DNA of 63,424 nt, the filler included. It is 7 parts of 7 records of this genome, joined end to end, with 100 filler letters (N's around TTAATTAATTAA, not from the genome) between each part and the next. Parts side by side here need not be neighbours in the genome. Positions count along the whole stretch, not along the records: positions 1 to 11,508 come from SRR31156797_17181; 6 more parts are not named here. The stretch is one strand, 5' to 3'. The notes under the pieces were generated by a model. That model did not search any database and had not been told where the DNA came from. It was given only the letters and a program-made list of their open reading frames with translations. The translations under genes and the position numbers were made by a program. Shown piece after piece: positions 1 through 9,298 of the stretch. Numbering within the stretch: the first letter of the stretch is position 1; each line of letters opens with the position of its first letter.

Positions 1-425
1 AACCCATTTTTTAAAATGTCCCAGGAAAGTTCAATGTTGGCTGTACCTCGCTCTAAGCCGCCTTCATCATCTTCATAATCTGTTAAAGAGTCGCTTCTAT
101 AGGCACCACGCAGTTCCAAACCAGAAATTTTGTCGGCTTGGTATCCCTGCTCTCGGATTATATCCCCTTGGGAGAGGCTATCGCCTGCCATGCTGCATTC
201 AGCTGTCAATATATCAGCAGAGGATGATAGATCGGTGGAAACATGCAGCATATCCAGTCTGTCATGCAGACGGGTAAGCAATGTCGCAAATTTTTCTTGT
301 TCTGTTGCTGCAGATGCGGGGGCAGCAGGGCAGCAAAGTAAAAAACAAAAGACCGAACAACAAATAAGAACGAGAAGCGAATGCTTCCTCTTTGTCGGAG
401 GGCATGGGGTGAGGAGCAGATTCAT
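1..425 (-). CDS. Secreted or outer-membrane hypothetical protein, N-terminal part (runs off the window)
   Basis: Not in the ORF track because it has no stop. Manual translation from ATG at 425 is open to position 1: MNLLLTPCPPTKRKHSLLVLICCSVFCFLLCCPAAPASA-ATEQEKF...ANIELSWDILKNG, with a signal-peptide pattern (basic, hydrophobic, ASA). Confidence 0.65.
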   Translation of the reverse strand, partial: MNLLLTPCPPTKRKHSLLVLICCSVFCFLLCCPAAPASAATEQEKFATLLTRLHDRLDMLHVSTDLSSSADILTAECSMAGDSLSQGDIIREQGYQADKISGLELRGAYRSDSLTDYEDDEGGLERGTANIELSWDILKNG

Positions 426-1207
426 GAGCGATGTTTTCCAAAGTAATTTGAGTGCGGTATGTTTTGCCGTCACACCCCAGGAATTGTGCAGGTTGTTCCT
501 AGGACCGATCATATAGGTGTAGTTACAGCTTACTGAACTGTAAGAATAAAGCAAATGAAATTGATGAGTTGTTCGAACGATTTCATGACGTTCTATCTTG
601 GGGAAATCTTCGGCAGGTGATACTTTTAATAATAGTATTTGCGGAGATGGGTTACCAAAATAGATCGAAAATATGCTCTTTTTCTGCTCATGCGGCAATA
701 TTGTCTGTATTCCAGGGTGGTTGCGGTAAAAAAATGATTTCTGAATGGAGAAAGAAATCCAAAACAAAAAATACAGAATGTCGAAAAAAAATTCGATTAG
801 TGTCTCTTTTCGCATGAAAAATATTTTTTTTATACTGGTGTTTATGTCGAATTTGTGTTTAGGTTGTTGATTTTTTGATCTTATTTGGGCTTTTTTTATG
901 TGGCTGCCTAGGATTTGCCAAACCTTATTTCCTGTCGTACATAAGAAACAAGGCAGAGAAAAAGGAAATGAATGCCATTTTTTGTAACCCTGCTTCTGTT
1001 TATTGAATAGTAAGACTTACCAGAACTTTACTAGGCTCCGGTACTACTTTGTCTTAAATTATAACTATAAAAAAAGGATAATTATCGATAGCTGGTTTTA
1101 TGACACAGAGTGATGATATGAAAAATAAAAATATAGCGACACGACGATCAGATAACGACACAGTTCAAATACGGGTAGGCACGAAATTGATATATAAAAG
1201 GGATACT

Positions 1208-1936
1208 ATGCAATATCGACAATTATTTTTTTACCTCTTTATTTTATTTGCTATCTTCCCGGCAACCTCTTTTGCGTTGTCAGTAGGCTATGACAACTCT
1301 GGAACTGTATGGTACACGGATGGCATCTCCGGGGTTGGCACTGACGGTTCTCTTATGGATGGGATGACGGTTACGGTTACTTTTTCAGATGCAACAACTG
1401 AAACTATGACATGGGGAATAACTGGAGATAAATCTGGTGGAGCTTCAGGGGAAGGGTGGAGTCTGGCTGTTACTGGAGGATCCACCTATTTGAATACAAA
1501 TTTTATCGACAGATTTGCCCCGTGGACCTTCACGGTAGATGCAGGAGTATCAATTTCTCAGCTTTTTATTGATGCCGGTACTGGTGATGCCGTGTTTGAT
1601 AAAGTCAAATCGTACAGCGCTGATAATGGTGTTACAAGTACCGACGGATCCCAAAGCGGTGACCCTTTTGCCTATTACGGGATGGGCGATCCGGGCAATA
1701 CGACTGCAACATACAGTGGGCTTGTTGCATTGTCAGGCGATGAGCCCATAAAAGATCTTTACCGATACCTGAGCATTGATTTCGGTACTTATGTGAGTGA
1801 TACAGCTGTTTATTTCAGGGCTGATACCGATAACATCGAGTCTGCTCTAGTTGTTCCGGAACCGTCAACTCTCGTGCTTTTTGGTATAGGGTTGGCTGGT
1901 CTTGCCAGTGTGGCATCTAGAAAAAGGAGGTCCTGA
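1208..1936 (+). CDS. PEP-CTERM sorting domain protein (exosortase substrate)
   Basis: N-terminal signal peptide (…ATSFA), G/S/T/D-rich body, C-terminal VPEPSTLVLFGIGLAGLASVASRKRRS. ATG 1208 follows AAGGGA and is preferred over 1100. Confidence 0.93.
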   Translation: MQYRQLFFYLFILFAIFPATSFALSVGYDNSGTVWYTDGISGVGTDGSLMDGMTVTVTFSDATTETMTWGITGDKSGGASGEGWSLAVTGGSTYLNTNFIDRFAPWTFTVDAGVSISQLFIDAGTGDAVFDKVKSYSADNGVTSTDGSQSGDPFAYYGMGDPGNTTATYSGLVALSGDEPIKDLYRYLSIDFGTYVSDTAVYFRADTDNIESALVVPEPSTLVLFGIGLAGLASVASRKRRS

Positions 1937-2000
1937 GTGCTCTCTCTCCTGTATTCATGGCGTTTGTAACAAAAATGCTACGCCTAGCTTAAATGAGAAC

Positions 2001-2043
2001 CCCGTCTGGACTCACCGTTTATGTCCCGACGGGCTTCTTTTTT
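2001..2043 (+). terminator. Probable intrinsic terminator after the PEP-CTERM gene
   Basis: CCCGTC-T-GGAC…GTCC-C-GACGGG stem followed by a T-rich run. Confidence 0.5.
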
Positions 2044-2066
2044 CCCCTTATCGATTGTAGCAAAAA

Positions 2067-3251
2067 ATGATTTACTACTGGGCAGCTTTTGTGTTGGTCG
2101 TGGCCATCCACATATTGACGGTCTCCTTGATAGGCAAGCGGAAATTGCGACGCTTAGAACAGGTAGGTCTTTTTGGGGATGAAGACATGGGCGGCTCTCC
2201 TTTGGTTTCAGTCATTATCCCTGCCTGCAATGAGGCCGATCATATTGGCAAGACGCTTTCGTTACTGCTTGAACAGGAGTATCCCAATCTCGAGATTATT
2301 GCGATCAATGATCGATCTACTGATTTGACCGGGGATGTGGTAACAAAATATGCAGGTTCGCAATCCCAGGTTACAGCCGTGCATGTTGAGACATTACCCG
2401 AAGGGTGGTTAGGCAAGAATCACGCCTTGCACCTTGGCGCCTCCCTGGCGTCCGGAGAGTATCTCCTGTTCACGGACGGAGATATCCGGTTTGAAAAAAC
2501 AACCATAGCAAGAGCCATGCAATGGGTAAAGGCCCAGCAACTTGATCACCTGACTCTTCTTTTTAAAAATACGACACCGGGCGGTTTGTTGAATGCAGTT
2601 ATTGTGGAGGCTATGACTGGCTTACTGCTTTTATTACAGCCATGGAAGGTGTCAGATCCTCGCAGTAAGCATTTCATAGGTATCGGCGCTTTTAATATGA
2701 TCCGCAGGGATGTCTATCAGGCTATTGGCGGTCATGCTCGAAACCCTATGCATCCCATAGATGATATCATTTTAGGAAAAACCCTCAAGCAGGCGGGGTT
2801 CAGGCAGGGATGCCTGCACGGAGAACATTTTATATCGGTTAACTGGTATGGTGATCTCGGGGAGATGGTAGAAGGATTGATGAAAAACGTGTTTGCCTTC
2901 TATAATTATAATATTTTATTCTCCCTTGCCGGAGCGGCCGTTATCATCGGGTTCAGTATCTTACCTTTTTGGGGAATGCTGCTCCTGAATGGGCCTGCTC
3001 AAATATTGTGCATGGGCGCGGTATGTTGTCGGTGGGGCGCGTTTGTGATTAATGCCCGGGGGATGTTGGTTTCTCTTCACTGCAGCCTATTCGCTCCTCT
3101 GGCCCCGTATTTTTTATTGTACATCTCACTCAAGGCCACTGTCGTAACCATTAAAAATAAAGGAATATGGTGGCGCGGTACCCACTATCCGTTACGTGCT
3201 TTGCAAACCATTGAGCCTATTGTCACTCTTCGCTGGCTGCTTCCATGGTAG
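2067..3251 (+). CDS. Membrane glycosyltransferase family 2 (HpnB/CrtQ-like)
   Basis: VSVIIPACNE, DRSTD, LPEGWLGKNHA, LFTDGD (DxD); N- and C-terminal TM helices. Confidence 0.88.
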   Translation: MIYYWAAFVLVVAIHILTVSLIGKRKLRRLEQVGLFGDEDMGGSPLVSVIIPACNEADHIGKTLSLLLEQEYPNLEIIAINDRSTDLTGDVVTKYAGSQSQVTAVHVETLPEGWLGKNHALHLGASLASGEYLLFTDGDIRFEKTTIARAMQWVKAQQLDHLTLLFKNTTPGGLLNAVIVEAMTGLLLLLQPWKVSDPRSKHFIGIGAFNMIRRDVYQAIGGHARNPMHPIDDIILGKTLKQAGFRQGCLHGEHFISVNWYGDLGEMVEGLMKNVFAFYNYNILFSLAGAAVIIGFSILPFWGMLLLNGPAQILCMGAVCCRWGAFVINARGMLVSLHCSLFAPLAPYFLLYISLKATVVTIKNKGIWWRGTHYPLRALQTIEPIVTLRWLLPW

Positions 3252-3259
3252 CCTGACCA

Positions 3260-5080
3260 TCAGGCGATCCGTTTTAAATCCTTGGTTAATTCGCGCAATT
3301 CTTCTTCCACCAGGGTTTCTTTACGCAGCAGCTCCTGGGCACATGTTTCAAGAATATCCCTGTTATCCTCAAGTATTTCAATGGTTTTGGCAAAGGTCGC
3401 GTCTATAATTGTGCGCACGGAGGTGTCTATCTGCTCCGCTGTCTGGTTGCTGCAGTTCATGCTGCTCCCCAGATGTCCCTGCTGGTCCAGGTAGGTTTGT
3501 TTGATCTCCTCGTACACCACATGGCCCAGAGTCTCGTCCATGCCGTACTTGGTGACCATGCTGCGGGCAATATCTGTTACCCGCTGAAGATCATCAGCAG
3601 CACCGGTTGAAAGATGGTGAAACACGATATGTTCTGCTGCTCTGCCGCCCAGAAGGACGGAAATTTTATGTTCCAGTTCTTCTTTAGTCATTAAAAAACG
3701 GTCTTCAGTGGGACGTTGCAGAGTGTAACCCAATGCGCCTATACCCCTTGGAATAATAGATATCTTATGAACAGGGTCCATGCCTGGTATGGCCAGGGCT
3801 GCAAGGGCATGGCCAACTTCGTGGTAGGCGACAATTTTACGCTCCTTTGGGTTGAGCAGTCGGTTTTTCTTTTCCAGGCCGGCAATTATTCGTTCAATGG
3901 CCTGGGTAAAGTCGACCATGCACACGTCATCTGCATCTCGTCTGGTGGCAAGCAGGGCCGCTTCATTGACAAGGTTAGCAAGGTCAGCTCCTGAGAATCC
4001 GGTTGTCAGGTCTGCAATTTGTTCAGCATCCACATCTTTTGCTAACTGTATTTTTTTCATATGAACGTTCAGGATGGCTATCCTGCCTGTTTTGTCGGGC
4101 CGGTCGACCAAGACCTGGCGGTCAAAACGTCCGGCGCGAAGCAATGCCTGGTCAAGCACCTCTGGCCTGTTGGTTGCAGCCAGTAACACCACCCCGCTGG
4201 TGGGATCAAACCCGTCAAGTTCGACCAGCAGCTGGTTCAGGGTTTGCTCCCTTTCATCATTACCGCCCAGGCCTGCGGCCGTTCTTGACCTGCCAAGGGC
4301 ATCCAGTTCATCTATGAAAATGATTGCAGGTGCCGACTTCCTGGCCTGCTCAAACAGATCGCGGACGCGCGCTGCTCCTACCCCGACAAACATTTCTACA
4401 AACTCGGAACCACTGATGGAAAAAAACGGTACACTGGCTTCTCCGGCAACGGCACGGGCAAGGAGGGTCTTTCCTGTACCGGGTGGGCCAACCAGCAGAA
4501 TACCTTTGGGCATTCGGGCTCCAAGTTTTCCGTAGTCGGCCGGTGCCTTAAGAAAATTGATTATCTCTTCAAGCTCTTCCTTGCTTTCTTCAACCCCAGC
4601 GACATCCTCAAATGTGACGCCTGTTTCGTGCTCAACATAGATCTTGGCTTTTGATTTGCCTATATTCATGAAACCGCCGCCCATGCCCTGCTTTTCGGCA
4701 AATTTGCGCATAATAAAGAGCCAGATGCCTACAAAAACGAGGGCTGGGATTATCCAGGAGAGCAGGGTCACTAAAACTTTACTTTCGTTGACCTGGGTGT
4801 AGGGGATGTCGAACTGGGAGAGTTGTTCTGCAAGGCGGGGATCAACTCGATTGGCTACAACAATTTTTTTGCCGTTTATGTCGGCTTCATTGAGTTGTCC
4901 GGTTATAAATCTTTCGCGGATGGTGAGTTCGGCAACTTTGCCCTTTTCCAGCAGCTCTTCCAGCTCACTGTAAGGAACTGGCTGTATAGTTTGTTGCTGC
5001 ACCCATATTTCGTGAAGAAGAAGTATGCCAAAAACTGCAATGATGGTGTAAACAAGATTAAATTTGTTTTTATTATCCAT
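3260..5080 (-). CDS. ftsH: ATP-dependent zinc metalloprotease FtsH
   Basis: Two TM helices, Walker [26 protein letters not shown], Walker [36 protein letters not shown] zinc motif. Confidence 0.97.
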   Translation of the reverse strand: MDNKNKFNLVYTIIAVFGILLLHEIWVQQQTIQPVPYSELEELLEKGKVAELTIRERFITGQLNEADINGKKIVVANRVDPRLAEQLSQFDIPYTQVNESKVLVTLLSWIIPALVFVGIWLFIMRKFAEKQGMGGGFMNIGKSKAKIYVEHETGVTFEDVAGVEESKEELEEIINFLKAPADYGKLGARMPKGILLVGPPGTGKTLLARAVAGEASVPFFSISGSEFVEMFVGVGAARVRDLFEQARKSAPAIIFIDELDALGRSRTAAGLGGNDEREQTLNQLLVELDGFDPTSGVVLLAATNRPEVLDQALLRAGRFDRQVLVDRPDKTGRIAILNVHMKKIQLAKDVDAEQIADLTTGFSGADLANLVNEAALLATRRDADDVCMVDFTQAIERIIAGLEKKNRLLNPKERKIVAYHEVGHALAALAIPGMDPVHKISIIPRGIGALGYTLQRPTEDRFLMTKEELEHKISVLLGGRAAEHIVFHHLSTGAADDLQRVTDIARSMVTKYGMDETLGHVVYEEIKQTYLDQQGHLGSSMNCSNQTAEQIDTSVRTIIDATFAKTIEILEDNRDILETCAQELLRKETLVEEELRELTKDLKRIA

Positions 5081-5265
5081 GGTAAGCTATCCTGTTGCAG
5101 AAGGGGTGCGCTCAACGCACGAATGTACTATCTGTAGCTCTTAAGATAAAGTGGCAACCTGTCATGGCGTGAGCTATATAAAGAGGGCGCATGCTAAGCG
5201 GCCATCGGCTGCCATCGGTAACAGGCTTAAAAGATCTACTCAGACACACAACAAGGGAGAGGTTT

Positions 5266-5433
5266 ATGGATCAATTCACACGCTATATGGAAAATATTAA
5301 CACCTATATTGAAAGCCCATTTGGCATGGTCACGGTATGTACGGCTCCCATTATTGTCTACTTTGTGTTCAAGTTGTATATAAAGCCCTTGTTTCAAAAG
5401 AAAGAGCAATCTTCTGAAACAAGGGGAGAATAA
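5266..5433 (+). CDS. Small single-TM hypothetical protein (55 aa)
   Basis: ATG 5266 follows GGGAGAGG; one hydrophobic helix followed by a basic tail. Confidence 0.55.
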   Translation: MDQFTRYMENINTYIESPFGMVTVCTAPIIVYFVFKLYIKPLFQKKEQSSETRGE

Positions 5434-5461
5434 AGGCCGCTGTTGCGGCAAGTGCAGTCGG

Positions 5462-5968
5462 TTAACTGTTCTTATGGGTTTCGTCCAGTTCTCTGTATAG
5501 TGCCAGGATACCTGAGCGGGTGAGCTTTTTGATACCCAGAGGGCGCAGGATTTCTATCATGGCGTCAATTTTTCCTTCAGTGCCTGTCACCTCTATAATA
5601 TAAGAATCAGTACCGGCACTCACAACTTTAGCATCAAATATTTCAACTGTCTGCACAAGTTCTGTTCTGTTTTTTGGGGTGACGACAACACTTATCAGTG
5701 CCATCTCCCTTTTTACCGCTTCGTCATGGGTCATGTCGCGCAGCTTGATGACATCAATCAGCCGGTTGAGCTGTTTCATGATTTCGTCAAGCTGAGCTGG
5801 AGTGGCATTGGTTTTAATGGTTATCCTGGAAACCGCAGGATCGTGGGTCGGCGCTCCGCAAATACTTTGGATGTTATAGCCCCTGCCAGACAATAACCCG
5901 GTTATTCGAGCCGTTACAGATGGTTTGTTTGCTACCAGCATAGTTAATATATAGGATTGCTCTTCCAT
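5462..5968 (-). CDS. ilvN: Acetolactate synthase small regulatory subunit
   Basis: ACT domain ...GLLSGRGYNIQSI, SRITI, KQLNRLIDVIK, REMALI; directly downstream of the large subunit. Confidence 0.93.
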   Translation of the reverse strand: MEEQSYILTMLVANKPSVTARITGLLSGRGYNIQSICGAPTHDPAVSRITIKTNATPAQLDEIMKQLNRLIDVIKLRDMTHDEAVKREMALISVVVTPKNRTELVQTVEIFDAKVVSAGTDSYIIEVTGTEGKIDAMIEILRPLGIKKLTRSGILALYRELDETHKNS

Positions 5969-6017
5969 ACAGACCTCGTTTGTCGTTGGTGCGCTTTGTT
6001 AAATGATAGCCTCTTGG

Positions 6018-7724
6018 TTACTCTTCTTCCATATATGGCCCCATTATCATGTCCTGGTAACCCGATCCAGCATGAATACGCGGGTACAAAACTTCATCGT
6101 CGTCACAGACAACTTCAAGAAATGCTGGCCCGGTGGCATCCATAAAGGCAGCCAGCCCGGATTTCAGGTCGTCTCTCTTGGTAATGCATTGGTGAAAGGA
6201 GAATCCAAGTTCTTTGGCCACATTGGCATAGTTTACTGAAGAGTGCTTCAGTGTTCCTACATAATCCCCTGCATAGAGAAAGTCCTGGATATTTTTCACC
6301 ATACCGTCGCCGTGGTTATTGAGCAATAATACTTTGATAGGAATCTGGTTTCTGCCGATGGTAAATAACTCCCCCAGGTTCATGAGTAGACTGCCATCCC
6401 CATCAATCGCAATAATTTTGCACTGCGGGGCAGCGTAATAAGCCCCGATTGCTGATGGCAGGGAAAAACCCATGGGGCCGAAACCTCCAGCAGTCAGGAA
6501 TGATTTTGGCTTAAACATTGTCAGGTACTGGGCCGCAAGCATTTGGTGGTTCCCCACTCCGGTCGTGACCTTGGTATCGTCAGTTATAAAGCCTGCAAGG
6601 TGGTCCATGACTTCTGCCTGCTGGATAGCTTTGGCCTGGCGGTTGTAGTTGAGCGGGTGTTTTTGCTTGAGTTCTTTAATATGTTCCTGCCACGGAGAAA
6701 TGTCCAGTTGAATGTCATTTTTAACTGCATAATTCAAGAGGTCGTCAATGGCTCTTTGGGCATCGCCGATAAAGGAGAATTTTGGTTCCCGGGTAAAGCG
6801 CACCTCCTGTACTTTCTCGGGATTAATATCGAAGTATGCTATATCTGCATCCAGACCTGAATCACCGACCTTTTGGTTTACCCTGTCGTCCCAGCGGATA
6901 CCAAAGGCAACGAAGAGGTCGGTCTCCTGGATGGCTTTATTAGCAGCAGGGACTCCGAACATGCCCAGCATGCCCACCGACCAGAACTTAGTTTCATCAA
7001 GGATGCCTTTGCCCATGAGGCTATTGATGGAAGGGACGGCAAAGCGGCGGTTAAATGCACGGATTTTGTCACTTGCTGCCTGTGAGTTGAGGCCGCCTCC
7101 GATATAAAGTAAGGGTTTTTTCGCGCTTTTGAGCAGTTCAAAAAACTGTTGGCACTGGTTCTCACCTAAGTGGCGCTCTTCATCATACTTATGGGCGAAT
7201 CTTTCACTGGCAATGGCCTGGTATTCACCCTCGGTTTTTTGAATATCATAGGGGAAATCGATCACTACCGGGCCGGGTTTGCCAGATTTTGCATAAAAGT
7301 AGGCATCTTTGACGACCTCTTCAATTTTATGCATTTCGTTGACCAATATGACCTTTTTGGCGGCATCAGCGAAAACACTTTTTACGTTGATATGTTGAAA
7401 CTCATCGGTATCCATCTTTGTTTGGGCGACCTGACCGGCAAAAACCAGCATGGGGATGGAGTCGGCGTGGGCATCAGCAACGGCTGTGAGAGTGTTGGTA
7501 ATTGCTGGGCCTGAGGTGACCACAGCAATACCGACTTTGTCGCTTGCTCTGGAATAGCCTGCTGCTGCAAAGGCTGAGGATTGTTCGTTTGAGCTAACGG
7601 TGATTTTGATTGATGTTGAGCCTATGGCATGAAACACCGGCAAGATAGTTGCCCCTGAAAAACCGAAAATTCTGTCAACCCCTAGGTCAAGCAGACTCTT
7701 GGTCAAAATTTCTGCGTTGTTCAT
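6018..7724 (-). CDS. ilvB: Acetolactate synthase large subunit (divergent)
   Basis: VTSGPAITN, DSIPMLVFAGQV, SGKPGPVVIDFPYD, GMLGMFG, GVGNHQM and ThDP motif GDGS…NN; adjacent to ilvN. Confidence 0.88.
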   Translation of the reverse strand: MNNAEILTKSLLDLGVDRIFGFSGATILPVFHAIGSTSIKITVSSNEQSSAFAAAGYSRASDKVGIAVVTSGPAITNTLTAVADAHADSIPMLVFAGQVAQTKMDTDEFQHINVKSVFADAAKKVILVNEMHKIEEVVKDAYFYAKSGKPGPVVIDFPYDIQKTEGEYQAIASERFAHKYDEERHLGENQCQQFFELLKSAKKPLLYIGGGLNSQAASDKIRAFNRRFAVPSINSLMGKGILDETKFWSVGMLGMFGVPAANKAIQETDLFVAFGIRWDDRVNQKVGDSGLDADIAYFDINPEKVQEVRFTREPKFSFIGDAQRAIDDLLNYAVKNDIQLDISPWQEHIKELKQKHPLNYNRQAKAIQQAEVMDHLAGFITDDTKVTTGVGNHQMLAAQYLTMFKPKSFLTAGGFGPMGFSLPSAIGAYYAAPQCKIIAIDGDGSLLMNLGELFTIGRNQIPIKVLLLNNHGDGMVKNIQDFLYAGDYVGTLKHSSVNYANVAKELGFSFHQCITKRDDLKSGLAAFMDATGPAFLEVVCDDDEVLYPRIHAGSGYQDMIMGPYMEEE

Positions 7725-7839
7725 ATATGTATCCTCATTGTTCGATTAATAATTATGTGAAAAAGTTGTTTTGTTTATGTGATTGTTGGTGGGTGGTATT
7801 TGGGGGTTTTATGTGGTGGTGCGCCTTAAAGGCGTCACC

Positions 7840-7923
7840 TTAAATCATGGTGTACGGTTTTTTGCTCTTTTTTGACGATTCGGGTACCTGCTGGCATACC
7901 GCCATCGGCGGTGAGGTATGCAT
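7840..7923 (-). other. Candidate 27-aa leader ORF upstream of ilvB
   Basis: AAGGA-N6-ATG; translates MHTSPPMAVCQQVPESSKKSKKPYTMI*; a hairpin (7818-7839) starts right after the stop. Confidence 0.3.
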
Positions 7924-8134
7924 CGTCTTTCCTTGAATGAATGGCAGGTCTGTCGATAGTACTTTTATATAAGAGGGTGTTGTAACAGTGTTAAGGTACC
8001 TAGGTGAAACAAGAAAACATAACCAGATACAAATACCACACCGTCAAGAGGAGGTAAAGAGGAAGGGAGAATGGAGACTTGCGGGTGGAGTATCTGTGGG
8101 CTTTATTTTGCAGCTTATAGTAAGCACTTTTGAT

Positions 8135-8170
8135 GCAGCCTCCTCATTGCTCATTGCATGAGGAGGCTGT
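8135..8170. repeat. 13-bp-arm inverted repeat downstream of yhhQ (terminator-like)
   Basis: GCAGCCTCCTCAT-N10-ATGAGGAGGCTGT; no strong U-tract. Confidence 0.6.
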
Positions 8171-8238
8171 GTCATGTGTTTACTCAACTTGTGAAACAAA
8201 TATGCGTGAAGAGTCCCCCAAAAAAAAGTGTCATGGAA

Positions 8239-8904
8239 TTATGGGGTTGTGAGTTGTCGCTCTGGCCGAGTCGTCAGGATACGATCGGTAAGAAATTTGA
8301 GAAATATACCGTATAGCGGCAGAAGCAATACCAAGCTGACGACGAGTTTGAAGCAGTAATCGCCTGTCCCAATCTCTATCCAGTGGTTTGCCATGAATGG
8401 GTCGGAACTAGCCCAAAAAGCGAATGAGTAAAAAATAAATGTATCGAGCAGGTTACCGAAAATAGTTGAGGCCCCGGGTGCGAGCCACCATTTTGCATGT
8501 TGCCTGAGACGGGAGAATATCTTGACGTCCGCCAACTGGCCGAGCGTATAGGCGGCAAAGCTGGCAAAGGCGATGCGGAGGACAAAGGTGTTAAGCGTGT
8601 TCAGATGTCCAATGCCCTGGAAGACCGCCTCAAAAAAGAGCACTGAGATAAGGTAGGAAAGGATGAGTGCCGGCAGCATGGCACGGAAGATAATCCGGCG
8701 AGCATCAGCGGCTCCAAAAATACGAACCGTAAGATCAGTGGCTAGGTAGACAAAAGGGAAACTAAATGTGCCCCAGGTCGTATGGAAACCAAAAACCTGG
8801 ATCGGCAGCTGGACGAGATAGTTGCTTGCCGCAATGATAAGGATATGAAAAGTGGCCAGGATAAAGATGGCACGTTGAAGCTGTGTCTGGGTGAGGTTAA
8901 GCAT
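8239..8904 (-). CDS. yhhQ: Queuosine precursor (preQ0/preQ1) transporter YhhQ
   Basis: SNYLVQLP, GFHTTWG, FPFVYLATDLTVRIFG, WWLAP, DYCFK match E. coli YhhQ motifs as I recall them; 221 aa. Confidence 0.94.
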   Translation of the reverse strand: MLNLTQTQLQRAIFILATFHILIIAASNYLVQLPIQVFGFHTTWGTFSFPFVYLATDLTVRIFGAADARRIIFRAMLPALILSYLISVLFFEAVFQGIGHLNTLNTFVLRIAFASFAAYTLGQLADVKIFSRLRQHAKWWLAPGASTIFGNLLDTFIFYSFAFWASSDPFMANHWIEIGTGDYCFKLVVSLVLLLPLYGIFLKFLTDRILTTRPERQLTTP

Positions 8905-8909
8905 GTTAT

Positions 8910-8941
8910 TCCTTTTTGCTTGTCGGGGTGAGGGAACCCGA
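8910..8941 (-). ncRNA. preQ1-I type III riboswitch overlapping the yhhQ Shine-Dalgarno sequence
   Basis: Minus-strand UCGGG-UUCCCUCAC-CCCGA-CAAGCAAAAAGGA, 5 nt before the AUG. Matches the enterobacterial yhhQ motif (GGGUUCCCUCACCCC…CAAAAAGG), and the regulated gene fits. Confidence 0.9.
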
Positions 8942-9162
8942 GGTGATTATGAAGGTTGAGTGATAAGCAGGGTGAGTAAAGAAAATGAGTTATACCCGAT
9001 TTTTCGGTGAAGGCAAGAGGAATTCGGAAAAGGTTGTTTTAATAGGTACAGCCTCTAAGGCTCAGCATAAACTCAAGCAACCGAAGGCAAATTATTTCAG
9101 AGGGGGGCCGGCAGAGAAGTTGGATATATCAAGTACTGTCATAAACTCGCGTGCTACATTGT

Positions 9163-9205
9163 GGGTCAATATGCATGAAGTGCATGTTATTGACTTGTTT
9201 TTTTT
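9163..9205 (+). terminator. Terminator-like hairpin with T8 tract
   Basis: GGGTCAATATGCAT-GAA-GTGCA(TGT)TATTGACTT followed by GTTTTTTTT. Confidence 0.45.
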
Positions 9206-9298
9206 CTTTGCACTTTGGTTTGCTTGGTGGTAGCTCATTGAAATATAATGCTTTTTTCTTTTACCGCTTGCCGATGAGCAAGGGAGGTACATTGAACC

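Noticed and set aside
130..516. 128-aa plus-strand ORF
   Set aside because: Antisense shadow of the minus-strand signal-peptide gene at 1-425.
1177..1191. Sigma-54-like AGGCACGAAATTGAT upstream of the PEP-CTERM gene
   Set aside because: Only 9 nt between the GG and the -12 dinucleotide (10 required), and GA instead of GC.
7745..7935. Classical ilv attenuator, T-box or ppGpp (ykkC-type) riboswitch
   Set aside because: No Leu/Ile/Val-rich peptide, U-tailed terminator, T-box sequence or ykkC core; kept only as an atypical leader.
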